This document shows positions 62,483 through 64,000 of a DNA stretch of 64,000 nucleotides, piece after piece; positions within the stretch are counted from its first letter, which is position 1, and each line of letters begins with the position of its first letter. The position numbers and the translations under genes were made by a program. The stretch lies in NCBI RefSeq assembly GCF_964204645.1, contig NC_134029.1:11558850-11622849 (forward strand), written 5' to 3'. Below the pieces are notes generated by a model. That model saw only the letters and a list, made by a program, of their open reading frames with translations. It made no database searches and was not told the origin of the DNA. Source of the stretch: Tubulanus polymorphus (taxonomy: Eukaryota > Animalia > Nemertea).

Positions 62483-64000
62483 GTAAGCAAATTTGAATCA
62501 CAATAAGTGCTTTATTTCAATGAAGATTCAAACCACACCTGGTCCTATATGATTTCATCAGTGTGTTGCAAGTAATATAGATAAATCTTCACCCTCATAT
62601 AGGCCTACTATATTCGCTGTTGTATAAGTTGAGTTCTTGAAACAAGAATTATATCAAAAAATGTAGGTCTTCTTATACACCAGGTACACTTTTGATATTG
62701 TTTGAAACTGATGATGATTAGAGTTCCAGGTTACCATGATGACATGCAATATAAATTTATGTTTGGCTACACTAATGTGCCAATTAGAATTAGGGATATT
62801 GGTGGAGTTGTTACACTTGTGTTATGCGCAATACACATACTAGACAATACTCGATATTACAGGTACCCACCTGGCTATAGACACATTAGATTGTTGCTGA
62901 ACAGTGTCTTACAGGCTATTATCCAAAGCGGTTTCTGTTATGAGTGTAGCCTAACATAAATTGATATCCCATTTCATTATGGTTCCCTTGAACTCTAACA
63001 TAGTTTGAGGTGAATGGAACTTAGAACGGTCATTAGAAAATCATAATTAGGACGTTCGTTAGACGAACGTCCTTATGTGATCGGTTTGCCGGTTGATGAC
63101 GCACTTCCGATTTGGTTGACATACGTTTAAGGTCGTTTTAAAGCTAGTTAGTTAGAGATTTCCTCAAATTCCGCATCAGAAATGGTGTCTTCAAGTTGGG
63201 ATTAAATTTGGTTAAGAATAGTTGGTTAGTTAGAAAAAGGCTCTTCACGCCTTTTAAGTGACATCACACATCACGTGTTGCTTATGGCGTAGAGGGTATA
63301 GTGATTGACAGGAGTGCCATTTTTAAAATCGTTGTATCGTGGATGTTAACTTTAGAGGACCGTACGAAGTCTCTTTAAAGGTGAGTGTCAACATATATGG
63401 TGACTTAACTTAATTCCTTGTGAGCGCACAGAGGCCCTGTGAGAATCTAGAGACGTTCGCAGCATTGAAAATTACGCAATGGTCCGCTCGACACGCACAA
63501 GCTGTGAGTTTGACCTACGTGACTAAATACAGCCGCCATTAATCAGAAGCAATCCACTTCAAATTTTATGAAGTGAATATCATAATCAATATTTATCCGA
63601 TATACACCAAATAACCTTTGAGAGAAAGGTATTTGGCGTCGGATTCTGTACCGAAAATCCCGGATTGTTACGCTGCATAGTTTTTTTAGTAGGGTTCTTT
63701 TAACATTTTGCCCTATAAGCCATTTGATTGACACGTGGGGCGGGGCTTGCAATCTGCCGATGACGTAAGATGTAAACAATAATATAACCACGTGCTTCGT
63801 GCACATGTGTGCAAACCTGACAACAAATTAGATTTTTTGGCGCCAAAACTATTTCGATTTTTTCTTTTGTCCAATGATTTTTCAACTGGAGCCAACTGCT
63901 ATGCCATTAGATTGTACAATCAAGTATTCACGTTTTATAGACTCTGAAATAATTTTTGTCCCGGGGACATGCACTGAAATATCCATTGTCGTTTTTGTTT

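Overview
Eukaryotic, AT-rich, repeat-dense DNA, most likely from an invertebrate animal (spliceosomal GT-AG introns, LINEs, Gypsy, MITEs). The only host gene recognised is the 5' part of a class V P4-ATPase flippase (ATP10-like): three exons at 45620-46072, 57679-57883 and 62400-62482 on the + strand. The first 18 kb is a nested mobile-element cluster. Two near-identical copies of a Mag-type Gypsy 5' end face each other. The left copy carries a 6-bp-TSD TIR element and a 9.5-kb head-to-tail dimer of two different LINE families that looks like a single RT template-jump insertion. Both LINEs have ORF1 and ORF2 in one frame separated by a single UAG, with no usable AUG for ORF2. Two extremely AT-rich virus-like islands (11353-13005 and about 23430-25960) share upstream repeat motifs and palindromic ends; the first holds a broken Polinton/adintovirus-type polymerase N-terminus. 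The rest is MITEs, Helentron-type non-autonomous elements, a tRNA-SINE, a Penelope-type insert with a degenerate hammerhead, an L2 fragment and an inverted duplication. Everything was read by eye; no database search was run.
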